64,000 nt of DNA from Anaeramoeba ignava BMAN (lineage: Eukaryota > Protista > Anaeramoebae): positions 62,001-126,000 of the forward strand of contig JAPDFW010000118.1 in NCBI GenBank assembly GCA_028826165.1, given 5' to 3'. The position numbers were made by a program, and so were the translations under genes. Under the pieces are notes generated by a model that made no database searches, was not told the DNA's origin, and saw nothing but the letters and a program-made list of their open reading frames with translations. Positions 50,469 through 63,533 of this stretch are shown piece after piece. The first letter of the stretch is position 1; the number at the start of each line of letters is the position of its first letter.

Positions 50469-53400
50469 TTATTTTTCAAGATATCTGTTTTTTAAATTTA
50501 ATAATTGAGTTGCAAAATGTTTTCTAAGTTCAGTAGTTTCAAAAGAAACAATATAATCTGCTTGATAAACTGTAATTTTGCAAACTGTTTCACGTTTTGG
50601 ATGAAGAAAAGCTTTTGTTGCTTCATGAAATTCGTAAAAATAGCAATATCTATTATTTTCATCATCATTAAAACACATTTCAGTTCCATTTTCATAAATT
50701 TGAATTCGAACTTTTTTTTCTGTTTGTCTTTTTTCACTTGTTTGAATAATAATAGCAGAATAAGAATTTTCATTTTCATTTTTTAATTGATTTTGATTTT
50801 CATTTTTTAATTCATTTTGATTTTCATTTTTCAATTGATTTTCATTTTCATTTTTTAATTCATTTTGATTTTCATTTTTTAATTCATTTTGATTTTCATT
50901 TTTTAATTCATTTTGATTTTCATTTTTTAATTGATTTTCATTTTTTAATTCATTTTGATTTTTTAATTGATTTTGTTTTGATTTTAAAAGAAATCTTTTC
51001 ACTTTGAAATTTTGTATAAATTTCTTTCGATCATGTGAATTTGCAAAAGAGAAAACATAATCCATTTTATCTTGAACATTAATTCTTGAAAGTGAATCAT
51101 ATGTTGGATGAGTTGAAATTCTAGTTAAATCTGTAATGTAAGAAAATTCTAAAGTTTGATCATCCAAATAAACTTTAAAACTGTCTCCAATTTCCAAAGT
51201 TGCTTTTGCAATTTTTTTATAATTAGTATCAATAATATCGACTTCAAAAGAAGAATTTGGATCAGCTAAAACATCTGAATTATTTAAATTTTGATTTTCA
51301 TTTTTTAATTGATTTTTTAATTGATTTTGATTTTCATTTTTTAATTGATTTTCATTTTCATTTTCATATAAAATTAGTTCATTATCTCCATTTTCAAAAA
51401 TATTTGGTTCCATATCATCATTAACAATCATTTCTTCTTGATCTTGTAATTCTTGTAATGATTTCCGTTTCTCCTCTTCTTTTTCTTTCTCTTTTTCTTT
51501 TTCTTCTTCTTCTTGTTTAATTTGCATCCAAAGAAGTTTTTCTTCTTGGAAAACTTTAAGAAAACGAGAAAATTCAGATGATTTTTTTAAAGACACACGA
51601 ACAACTCTTCCGTCACTAAAATTAATTGCAGCTGATCTTTTCTTTGTGTCAATTTGAGACATGTTGATCACATCACTTGGTAATTTAGTTAGATTATCGC
51701 GGGTAGTTTTGATGAAAAACTCACCGTGATCAAACTCAACTCTTGCATTTTCAATTTTTTTGAATTTCTCATTAAGAATATTGACTCTAAAAGTTTCATG
51801 CAAATTTGTTGTTCTTGAAACAGAAGATTTTGGTTGGTTTTCAAGCCCTTCTTTGATGGTTGATTTGATTGCATTGCTTTCTTCTGTGTCAAGAAGTTTG
51901 TATTGAGCCACGCGTTTGCGCGAGAAAATGTTCATTGAAATTGAGCGTTTCTTTTTGAAATGAGTAAAGAAGTTAATACGCTCGTCTGAGTTTGGAAATG
52001 AAAGAATAAACTTGGATTCATCATTGAAATAAATAGTGAGGATATTCTTGTTTTTGGAATACAAGGAGAATTTGATTGATTCCTTATAAGGTTTTATAAC
52101 TTCGGGTGATTTTGTCGGTTGAAGAATAAATTGGTTGTTTGTGACCTGGATTGTTCCTTGGTCGTATTGTTGGTATTCGTCATTTAAAATCCCCACTTTG
52201 TGAATGCGAGTGTTCAATACCGGACCAGATGGTACTTGAATCTTCTCTTGAAGATCACTTTCCTTATTCGTAATTTCGTTAATCTCCTTTGTGTTCGGTT
52301 TTTGAGCAGATTGGCTTTTTTGCTCTTGATTTGGTTTCAAACTTCTCATTTGATAAAGTGGTTTTCGTGATTGATTTTTATCATCTGTTGTAACGGTCGA
52401 TAAATTCTGTAAGTTGGGACTGTTTTTATCGTGACCCACAATAGTTCCTTTTTTGAAAGAAGTTAAACTCATTGATAATGATCTGTTTCTCTTGAAAATT
52501 TGCGCGAATTTTGCTCTTTCTTCGGAATTTTTGAATCGGAGAATAAACATTGAACCATTGCTAAAAATGGTCTTGATTGATTCTTGATTTGAAGAGTTCA
52601 TTGATATTTTGATTGATTTGCTGTATGATTGCGAGACAAATGTTTGCCGCGCATGAAGAACAATCTCGTCAACATTAACCTTAATGACTCCGTTATCAAA
52701 AGTTGATTTTTTGACATCGGGATCAATAATTTGGATGTCAAAGCAACTTTCTTGTGGTTTTTTGGATTGTGTGTCCATATCTTCCAATGCTTTTGTTTTA
52801 GGCGCGTTTTCTTTCTGAGGAGCATTTTCATCTTTACTATCTGTTGTTAATGGTGTAAAAAAATTAAGTCTTTTGCGATTTAATTGCGAAATTAAGTCGA
52901 TTATTTTCCTTGGATCAACAAGCGAGAAAAGAAGTTTTCTTCCGTCATCAAGAATCACTTTGTATGTGTTTACATTTGAGTAATCTGCAATGATTCCAAT
53001 TTCTTGTGATAATTTTTGTGTGATTGGTTGTGATCCATTGAATTCAATCACAAAATCCTTTTTGGTTATTTTTATTGTTCCCCGTTTTATTTGTTGCAAA
53101 TCTGGTGATAAAATATAAATATCGAAGCTGCTTCCTTGAAGAGAAGATTTGCTTTTTGTTTCGTCTTTTGTTTTTTTGGGGAAATCCTTTATGTTTTGGT
53201 TTGGTTCGTTGTTTTTATCGTTATCCTCATTATCAATGTTTGTTGGAGTTGACATTGTTCTTCTTAATTCTTGCATAATTAATTCCTTTTTTTCATTGAA
53301 TTTTTCTGAGAATTTGTTTCTGTTGGAATTCTTGAATCCAACAATAATTCCGAAATTATCGTTTTCAAACTCAATTCGACATCCTTGTTCATTTGTTGGA

Positions 53401-56171
53401 TGTAATTGTAGTTCTGCATCTGCAAGAAATTTCTTCATTTCTTCCCCATTGTCTTTGTGTATAATAAGGAAATTTTCCATAATTTCAAGACTTCCTGTTG
53501 AAAAGAGTTTTCCTTCTTCTGTAAAGAAGTTTACTATAAACAACAAATCTGATGGTTTTTTGATTTCAATTTGATTTTGATTTTCATTTTTTAATTGATT
53601 TTCATTTTTTAATTGATTTTGAATTGAAAAAGCAATAAATGATTTATTAAATTTATCTAAATCTTGCTCGTCTTGGAAAATTATATTCAAAATCAAAGGA
53701 TCTTTTTGTGGAGAAGCTTGGATTTTTATTTTTTGATTGAGAATTTTCTGTTTATCATCTTCACTTATTTTTGGTTGTGGATCAATTAAAACAACTTCAG
53801 AACCATCAAGTTTGTAACTTGAAGAAGTTAATTTAACAATAAATGTTATAATAGATGTTGTCAAAATGATTGTTGAAAGACCGATAGTATTATTTGAGCT
53901 GTCGAAAAGTTCAACACTAAAAGATTCGAAATCTGAACCAAAACAATGAGCAAAAAATCTTTCTTTATATTCTGTAAATTTTCGAGAAAAGCTTTTGAGA
54001 TCCTTTGTTGTGCTAAATTTCATTAGCAAAGAATCTCTTGTTTCCAAATTCAGAACCACAGAATTGGGTGTTTTGGATGATAATTCAAGAGAGTCTGCAA
54101 GTGAATACATTTTTGGATAAAGATCTTTTCCGCATTCAATCGAATAAAATGTACTTTCAAGATGAATTTTGCATTTTTGGGTTTTTTTGTCAGAATTTTC
54201 AGTTAGTAAATCTGAATTGAAAATGAATTCAAGAGGTTGTTGGAATTGCTCGATATATTTCTTTTCTTCCATATTTGAATTTAAATTTGAATCGAAAATT
54301 GATTTGAATTCTTTGATAAATTGTTTCAGAGTTGATTTGCTCGAAAATTCTGCGCGAATAAATTGAAGTTCATCAAAATAAATCTTGCAAATGCATAAAG
54401 ATTCGTTATCAAAAATAAAGCGGAAATAATGACTGTATTTTCTGTCAATTGTAAGTTCTGGAAGAGTAATTTGGAAATGGTCATCAAAAAGAGAAATTGA
54501 AGCCGATCCAATTTTTTCTGAAAAAGAATTAAAGAAATCAAACTTGTATTTTGATTTTGGCTGGATGCTACTTTGACTAAATGTTCTGCTATTTTCTTTG
54601 AATTCTTTCGATTTTAAATTAATAGATGAAAATTTCTCCTCTTCCCAGAAATATTTGCTTGTTGGTTCTTTATTCTCTTTCTTTGGAAATAAATGATTTG
54701 CCTTGATCTTTGTCTTCGTATTGCTTTGCAAATGAAGAAGAAGAAAGAACAATAAAGTTGTCGAATTGCTTATCCTTATTAAATGCGTTGTGGATGAACA
54801 TTAAAAATGAATTTGCAATTAAATCTCGCTCAAATGGTGTTTTTGAAAAGGCAATAAAACGTGTTGATGAGTTGAATTGAATGGCAAATTTTCTGTAATC
54901 TTGAGAATGAACAAAAATACGTTGTGTTTTGTCATAAGATCCCTCATAAATTATGCTTTTCTCTTTGTCCTGATTCTGATATTCTTGGGGTTGATCCGAT
55001 TGGTTATTTTGATTCGCAGTATTTTCAGTAAATAATTTAATCTTATTCTGCTTCAACTTGATTTTAGCAGTTTTCAAAGTGGAATCATCTGTTAAAATTT
55101 CAATTGAAAAATTTGCATATCCGATTTTGAATGTGCTTGTCATAGATTTGCGGATTTTCTTAAGTTTCTTGCGATATGTTTCATTAACAAAAAAAGATCC
55201 AGAAATGCTGTCAAAACTTGGTATGTGATTTTGAATCAAAACAGGTTCGCATTTTGAATTAAATTCTGCGATAACAGAAGTGCCATCCAAATTGAGTATT
55301 TGATGATTTTGAGGATGAGGGAAAACGATTGCTGTTTTCCCACAAAGAGTTGCCATTTTGGATCTTTTATTTTTTTCCTTTGGAATTTTTTCTTTTAAAA
55401 TTTTTTCTTTTTCTTCTTTTAAAATTTTTTCTTTTTCTTTTTCTTTTAAAATTTTTTCTTTTTCTTTTTCTTTTTCTTTTTCTTTTTCTTTTTCTTCTGA
55501 TTCAATTTGCTTTCGAGACTTTTTCACAAGTCGATATATTTTGGATTCCTTTGTTCCTTTTTTCAAATCTTGAAGAATTTCTTGAGAAATTTCTGTATCT
55601 TTAACTTGATTACCTAAATTTTGTGAACTTTTTTTTTTAACAATTCTAACTCTTGTTACTTTTGATTTGGATTTTGGATTTGGATTCGTTGAATCGTCTT
55701 TTTTAACAACACGAACCTTCAATTTTCTTCCAGAGATATTTGTGCTTTCCTTTTCTAGTTAAATTACTTTCACTAACTTTTTCTTTTGAATTTTTTTCTT
55801 TTGAATTTTTTTCTTTTAATTTTAAAATTAAATCAATTAAATCTTCATTTTTAAATTTTTCAAGATTAAGAAGAAATTGATCATCAATTCCTAATTTTTT
55901 GCAACCTTCATTAAATTTCTTTAAATATTCTTGTGGTGATTCTCTATATTTTTTTAAATAATAAATTAAATTAAATTAAATTAAAATTTTTTTTGATTTT
56001 TATTTTGATTTTTTTTTTTTACTTTTCGTTAATTTCAATAGTTTTTTCTTGAATTGAATTTATTAATTTGCATAAAGTTTTGTAATCTTCTTCTTTTATT
56101 GTTTCATTTTTAAATTCATCAATTCCTGTTTGTGTTTTTATCCAATTAATAATTTCTTTTTGTTTAGACAT
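50469..56171 (-). CDS. Large protein with N-terminal calponin-homology-like domain and ~11 tandem PH-like domains (apparent frameshifts near 55750 and 54700)
   Basis: Exon 1 from ATG 56171 (EIINWIKTQTG...LCKLINSIQ), intron, then KFNEGCKKLGI. ORFs 54670-55722 and 50469-54752 contain repeated F-x-(I/V)-x-(I/L)...F...(ER)xxF units. Confidence 0.65.
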
Positions 56172-56439
56172 TGAAAAATAAAAATAAAAAAATGAAAAAA
56201 AAAAAATGAAATTAAAAAAAATTTAATTCTTTTTTTTTTTTTTTAACGATTTGGCAAAAAGAAAAATTAAAAAAATTAAAATTAAAATTAAAAAAAAAAA
56301 GAATTAAAAAAAAATCAAAAAGAATTATTTTTTTTGTTTTATTTTCCCATTCCACTTAATTTTTTTTTAATCTGATCATTTTTTAAAAAAAAGAAAAAAA
56401 AGAAAAAAAAAAAAAAATTGTTTGTTTTTGTTTTTGTTT

Positions 56440-58785
56440 TTAGATATCAACCCAAAGACTAGAATCACCAAGATCATCATCATTCTTTTTTCTATCCCAA
56501 TAAACAAAGTAATAAAGTGTTGCAGTCATAAATGATCCACCAATAATATTACCAAGAGTAGCAGGAATTAAATTGTTCTAAATAAATTAATAAAAAAATA
56601 AATTAATAAAAAAATAACGGAAAAAAGTGGAATAAAAAAATTTTTTTTTGCTTTTTTGCTTTTTTTTTCTTTTTAAAAAATTTACCCAAATGAAATCTCC
56701 AAAATTAAAGTTTGCTCCATACATTAACCCAAGTGGAATAAAATACATGTTCGCGACACAATGCTCAAATCCAATTGCTACGAAGGCCATAATTGGAAAC
56801 CAAATTCCTAAAATTTTTCCTCCAACATCTTTTGCTGCAACTGCAAGATAAATTGATAAGCAAACAAGCCAATTGCATCCAATTCCTCTAAAAAATACTG
56901 CTCCCCAACTAAGTGCAACTTTTTTTTCTGCTATTCCAATTGCAAATGATCGATATGGATCTTCATGAAAAAGTTTAGCTCCATATGTTAAAACACCTTT
57001 TTAAATTTTAATTTTTGATTTGAATTTTATTTTGATTTTGATTTTTATTTTGATTTTGAATTTGTTTTTGATTTTGAATTTGAATTTGAATTTAAATTTG
57101 AATTTGGATTTGAATTTGAATTTGAATTTGATTTGGATTTGATTTGGATTTGATTTTGAATTTGAATTTGAATTTGAATTTGAATTTGAATTTGATTTTG
57201 AATTTGAATTTGATTTTGAATTTGAATTTGAATTTGAATTTGAATTTGAATTTAATTTTGATTTTGATTTTGAATTTGATTTTAAATTTGATTTTGAATT
57301 TGATTTTAAATTTGATTTTATTTTTGATTTTGAATTTGAATTTAATTTTGAATTTGAATTTGAATTTGAATTTGAATTTGAATTTGAATTTAAATTTGAT
57401 TTTGATTTTGGATTTGAATTTGAATTTGAATTTGAATTTGAATTTGATTTTGAATTTGAATTTGAATTTGAATTTGAATTTGAATTTGAATTTGATTTGG
57501 ATTTGATTTGGATTTGATTTTTATTTTGATTTTGAATTTGATTTTGATTTTGATTTTGATTTTGAATTTGAATTTGAATTTGAATTTGAATTTGAATTTG
57601 ATTTTGATTTGAATTTTGATTTTGATTTTTGAATTTGAATTTGAATTTAATTTTGATTTTGAATTTGATTTTGATTTTGAATTTAAATTTAAATTTGAAT
57701 TTGAATTTGATTTTGATTTTGATTTTGATTTTAAATTTGAATTTGATTTTGAATTTGATTTTGAATTTTGAATTTTGAATTTAATTTTGATTTGAATTTT
57801 GATTTTGATTTTGATTTTGATTTTGAATTTAAATTTGATTTTGATTTTAAATTTGAATTTGATTTTGAATTTGATTTTGAATTTTAATTTTGAATTTGAT
57901 TTTAAATTTGATTGTAATTTTGATTTTGATTTTAAATTTGAATTTGAATTTAATTTTGATTTTGATTTTGATTTTGATTTTGAATTTGAATTTGATTGTA
58001 ATTTTTCTACCAGAAACAAAAATAGAACCAATAAAATTAGTAACATAAACATTTAACCAATTCCAAAGTAATTTTTTCCATTTAGAATCTTTTGAATAAA
58101 CTGCAGGAATTAAAAACATAGTATTTCCAGTAAAAAGTTCAGCACCAGCAATTACAACAAGCATAAGGCCGCCTTTAATAAAATTAAAAGAAATTTTATT
58201 TTGATTTTGAATTTGAATTTTGATTTTGATTTTGGTTTTGATTTTGAATTTGATTTTAATTTTGAATTTAATTTTAAATTTGAATTTAAATTTTAATTTT
58301 GATTTTGAATTTTGAATTTGAATTTGATTTTGATTTTGAATTTAATTTTGATTTTGATTTTGAATTTAAATTTGAATTTGATTTTGAATTTGATTTAGAA
58401 TTTGATTTTGAATTTGATTTTGATTTTGATTTTGAATTTAATTTTGATTTGAATTTAAATTTAATTTTGAATTTGAATTTGATTTTGATTTTGATTTTGA
58501 ATTTGATTTTGATTTTGATTTTGATTTTGATTTAAATGTCGAAATGATTTAAAAATAAATCTTACATGGAAAAACTCCTCCAAAAAGTAATTTTGTTATT
58601 CCAGGATAACTAGCTCTAAAATCAGAAGGTTGACCAGCAACTGAAATTGCTAATAAAGAACCAAGTCCAATATAAGCACCTGCTAAAAATCCAAGTATTG
58701 AAATTTTATACCAAGGTGTATTTGCTTTTTTTACTCCTATTGCTTCAACTGCTGAAAATGTTTGTTGAGGGGTGTTAAATCCCAT
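56440..58785 (-). CDS. Formate/nitrite transporter (FNT; FocA/NirC/FdhC family)
   Basis: Exons 58785-58566, 58172-58011, 56996-56686 and 56577-56440. Motifs [44 protein letters not shown]. Confidence 0.95.
57000..58000. repeat. Intronic (TTTGAA/TTTTGA)n hexamer tract (also 58200-58535)
   Basis: Fills FNT introns. Confidence 0.88.
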
Positions 58786-58981
58786 TGTTAAATTTTTTTT
58801 TTAAATTAAATTAAAAAATTAAAAATGAAAAAATGAAAAAAACCAAAAAAAAACTTTGGAAAAAAAAATTTTCTTTTTCTCTTTAGTTTCTTTTGATTAA
58901 ATTTCTTTTATTTAATGATTAATTTAATAAAATGATTAATAATTTCGAATTAAAAACAATCAAAAAAAAAATTAACGAAAG

Positions 58982-59019
58982 AAAAAAAAAGTGGAAAAAA
59001 TTTATTCCACTTTTTTTTT
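58982..59019. promoter_or_regulatory. Inverted pair of AAAAGTGGAA motifs (15-bp perfect stem) upstream of FNT
   Basis: AAAAAAAAAGTGGAA-AAAATTTA-TTCCACTTTTTTTTT. Confidence 0.4.
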
Positions 59020-59095
59020 TGTTGTTTTATTTTCGAATTTAATTTTGATTATTTTTCCTTTTTTGAAAATTAAAAAAAAAAAAAGAGAATCCGTT

Positions 59096-61329
59096 TTAGA
59101 AATATCTCTGATATTCACTAGGTTCAAATAAATTTGCATCAATCAAATCTTCGATACTTTTCTCTGGATTAAGTTCAATTTGATGAAGATTTTTTTCAAT
59201 AATATGAGTAGCAATAATAACCGCCAATTTAAAAGAAATATCTCTAATATTATCGATATCAGGAAGAAGAGAACCACGTTCCAAATCAGCCGTAGGAACA
59301 AGACTGGACAAGCCTCTTGCTGCAACTTCAAAGATTGAATCAGTCACATGTCTTGCTCTTGTTGAAACAATTGCTTGACCCAAAGCAGGAAAGATCCAAA
59401 CATTATTTGCTTGTGCCGGAATAATCGTTTTTCCGTTAGGAAGTTGAACTGGTGGAAATGGTGATCCACTTGCAAACAAAACTTTCCCTTTACTCCATTC
59501 ATACGCTTGTTCTGCGGTACACTCTGATTTTGATGTTGGATTGCTTAATGCAAAAATAACTGGTTTTTCATTCAGTTTTGACATTGTTTCCACAACTTGT
59601 TTTGTGAATAATCCCCCAGCGCCGCTTACTCCAATCAAAACCGTCGGTTTTAATGTTTCGATCGTGTCATGTAAATTCTTAATATACGGATGATCATGTG
59701 CATATGGAATATTATGAGGCGCTAAATCTGTTCTTTCTTTGCAAACAAGTCCGTTAACATCTGTGAACCAAATGTGTTTCGCAGCTTCTTCAGAAGAGAT
59801 CCCTAATTCCTTCTCAATTACAGAACGTATTAAATTGCCAATTCCTGTTCCTGCTGATCCAGCTCCTACAAATAAGAACTTATTTTCCCCAAATTTTTTC
59901 CCTGTTATTCTCATTGCTGAAAAAAGTGTTGCACAAACAATTGCCGCTGTTCCTTGGATATCCTAATAAGAATTAATATATATTTTTTTTTTCAAAATAA
60001 TAAACAATTATTTTGACAAAATTCTCAAATTTGATCAAATTTGATCAAAAAGAAAAAGAAAAAATTCTTTTTTTTTTTTACATCATTAAAACAACAAATC
60101 TTATCTTTCCAAATGTCAAGTAAAGGAAAAGCATTTTGTAAACCAAAATCTATTCAAATAGAATTAAATTAAATTTTAAAAAATATAGATTAAAGTTTGT
60201 TTTTGTTTTACCTTCAAATTGAACTAAAATATGTCCATATCTAGTGTAAAGTGCATTAATAAATTCTTCAACAAGATCAAAGTATCTTTTTCCTGTTAAT
60301 CTGTGATGAGGCCATCCATGATAAAAAGGACTTGTTAACAATCCTTCGTTATTTGTTCCAACATCTAATTGAACTGGAAGACAATATTTTGGATCGACTT
60401 GTCCGCATAAAGTGTAAAGGAGAAGTTTTCCAATCTTATTTGTATTTAATAGATAAATAATTGATTAATTTCTTTTCTTTTCTTTTCTTTCCTTTCCTTT
60501 CTTGTAAAAAGAAAAAAAAATTTAATTACCGGAATCTATTCAAAATAAAAATTAATTTCAAAATTTTGATTATGAATTGTTTTGTTTTAATTTTTTTACA
60601 GGAAGTCCATTAGCTCCTTGATCTCCTAAACCTAATATTCTTCCTCCATCAGTAACAACACAACATCTTACATCATCATCATAGAAATTATCAACAATTT
60701 GTTGAATGTTTCCTTGATCTTCAGGTGTTATCCACAAACCTCTATATCTTTGTCTTGTTAGAGCATATTTTTGGCAAGCTTCACCAACAACCGGAGTATA
60801 CAAACTAAATCGATATTTATTTTAATATTTAATTTAATATTTTTATAAATATTTATTATAATATTTTAATATTTATTTATTAAGTGATTTAAATCAATCC
60901 AAAAATTGGAAAATAATTAATAATAATAAATAATTATACATTGGCATAACTTCAGAAGGAGGACGAGAAAAACAATAATTCCAGAATAATTGAGTATTTT
61001 TATCTCTTTCACCAGTAAGAAAAAGATATTTAGCCAAAGGAGTAGGTTGAGAATCAACTAACCATTTAACTCTAGTAGTTTGTTCTTGAAGGGTAAATTG
61101 TTTATAAGGAAGAAGACCTCTAATATGAAATCTATCTCTTTCTCTCATTGAAAAACCTGTTCCTTTATTCAAATCTGGATCATGTAACAAATCAGCATTT
61201 ACTTTTCTTATATTTTTTGCTTTATTTTCTAATTTTTTTTTAAATGGTTTTGTTAATTTTAAACTTGTATATCTTGCTATTATTGGTGTTTGTGCTTTGT
61301 TTAATTTTTCTTTTATAATTTTGTAACAT
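59096..61329 (-). CDS. ME: Malic enzyme, hydrogenosomal (Trichomonas AP65) type
   Basis: Exons ~61329-60940, 60804-60600, microexon 60535-60530, 60434-60212, 60149-60082 and 59962-59096. Motifs MPILYTP, VTDGGRILGLGD, IPIGK, FEDF, FNDDIQGT, GAGSAG, LSNPT. ATG 61329 is one base out of frame (probable indel error). Confidence 0.93.
60530..60535 (-). other. 6-nt microexon (ATT CCG = Ile-Pro) in malic enzyme
   Basis: Minus strand reads aatag|ATTCCG|gtaatt, lying between exons ending GANGLP and starting IGKLLLY. Confidence 0.9.
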
Positions 61330-61521
61330 TTTTTTTTGTTTTGTTTTTGTTTTTGATTATTTTGTTTTATTTTAAATAAAACTATGAAAAAAAAAAATTT
61401 AATTTAATTTTTTTATTTTATTTTTTTTTTATTTAATGAGTTGGAATTATTATTTGTTTTTCATTTTTTTTTCAGCATTTCTTTTTTTCTTCTTTTTATT
61501 TATTATTTTATTAATTTAAAA

Positions 61522-63387
61522 ATGGAATTTTTTATCAACCTAATTTAATTTTTTAAATCAATTACTCAAGAAAATATTACTGAACTTAAAATTTTAGATG
61601 TAAATTCAATCATTTTTCTTTTTTATTTTTAAATTTTTGTTTTTGTCTTTTTGATTTATTTTTTTTTTTAATTTAAACTATGAAAAAAATTTTAATTTAA
61701 TTTTTATAATTTTATTTTTAATTTTAATGAGTTTTAATTTTTATTTTTTTTTTAATTTTAATTCTAATTTTAATTTTTTTATTATTTATTAATTTATTAA
61801 AAATAAAATTGGAATTTTTGTTAATTCAATTTTAATTTAATTTTTAATTCTAATTTTAATTATAATTCTAATTTTAATTCTAATTTAAAATTTTAATTTT
61901 AATTTAATTCAATTTTAATTTTAATTTAATTTTAATTTTAATTTTAATTTTAATTTTTTAATTATAATTTTAATTTTTAATTCTAATTTTAATTTTAATT
62001 TTAATTTTTAATTTTAATTTTAAATTCTAATTCAAATTTTAATTTTAATTATAATTTTAATTCTAATTTTAATTTTATTTTTTAATTTCTAATTTTAATT
62101 CTAATTCTAATTTTAATTATAATTTTAATTATAATTTTAATTTTAATAAATGAATTCTAATTTAATTTTCTAATTCCAATTCTAATTCTAATTTTAATTT
62201 AATTTCTAATTTTAATTTTAATTTTTTTTTTTTAATTTTAATTTTAATTCTAAATTCTAATTTTAATTTTAATTCTAATTTAATTTTAATTTTAATTCTA
62301 ATTCTAATTTTAATTATAATTTTAATTCTAATTAAATTTAATTTTAATTTAATTCTAATTCTAATTCTAATTTAATTCTAATTCTAATTTAATTTTAATT
62401 TTAATTATAATTCTAATTTTAATTTTAATTCTAATTCTAATTTAATTTTAATTCTAATTTTAATTTTATAAGTGAATTCTAATTTTAATTTTAATTCTAA
62501 TTTTAATTTTAATTTTAATTTTAATTCTAATTTTAATTCTAATTTTAATTATAATTCTAATTTTAATTCCAATTTTAATTTTAATTCTAATTTTATAAAT
62601 GAATTTTAATTCTAATTCTAATTTTAATTTTAATTTTAATTCTAATTTTAATTATAATTCTAATTTTAATTTAAATTTAATTTTATAAATGAATTCTAAT
62701 TATAATTCAAATTTTAAGAAAACTTTATTCCCTTATGAATATCCTGATTCTCATTATCAAAAATTATTTGAAGAAGGTTTTTATTCACAAATTGCACTTG
62801 ATCCAAATTCAACTAAAGTTTGGATTTTTTTAAAATTGAAATTCAAAATTAAAAAATATGTTTTGTTTTTCTAATTTAAAAAAAAAGGTTATTGGAGAAA
62901 TCACAGCAAAAATTGAACCAAATTTTTCTGGTTGTTTAACAAAACCTCATCAAAGTGCTTATATATTAGTATATTTTCCAAAAACAAGAAATTTGAAAAA
63001 ATTAAAAATTTAAAAAATTAAAAAATTAACAAGACATTTGGAGTTGCAGAAGAAATGAGAAGAAAAGGAATTGGAACTGAATTATTTCAAAGATTACTTT
63101 CTGAAATCAGACAACATGAAAAAATAGAAGAAGTTACACTTCATGTTAATTGTCAAAATGAATCAGCAATTGGATTGTATCGTAAATTAGGGTTCTCTAT
63201 CGATACTAAAATTCATAATTATTATCAATATCATGGAAAATATCATGATGCTTATTGGATGATTTATGAAATTTCTTGTGGAGAAAAAGAAAAAAAAGAA
63301 AAGAATAAAAAATCCTTTTCTGGTTTTTGTCAAAATGTGAAAATGTGTTGTGGAAGTATTTATAATACTTATAAGTTATTTTTTTAA
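61522..63387 (+). CDS. GNAT N-acetyltransferase, NAA50/NAA60-like
   Basis: Exons ~61522-61599, 62719-62817, 62888-62968 and 63034-63387. LFPYEY, YILTFGV, RRKGIG, LHV..N..AI.LY.K.GF, NYY. Exon 1 as given has an in-frame TAA between two T-runs (probable compensating indel errors). Confidence 0.8.
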
Positions 63388-63533
63388 ATTTAAATTCAAA
63401 ATAATAAATTGATTAAAAATTTTCTTTTTTTATGAGACTTTTTAGTTAAATTTAAAAACTTTAAAAAAAACTTAAAAAAAATGGAAAAAAAAAAAAACTT
63501 TTATGATGATTTCTTATTAAAATTGATTAAAAA

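Noticed and set aside
12993-61329. Programmed frameshifting or pseudogenisation to explain broken frames in BEACH, RCC1-BTB, INTS7, CH-PH and malic enzyme
   Set aside because: Breaks mostly fall in or near homopolymer or microsatellite runs with no shared slippery motif, and affect conserved genes. Long-read indel errors are simpler. Needs read pileups to exclude.
61546-61548. In-frame TAA in GNAT exon 1 as evidence of stop-codon reassignment
   Set aside because: TAA terminates 14-3-3, FNT, malic enzyme and others normally; two compensating T-run errors explain it.
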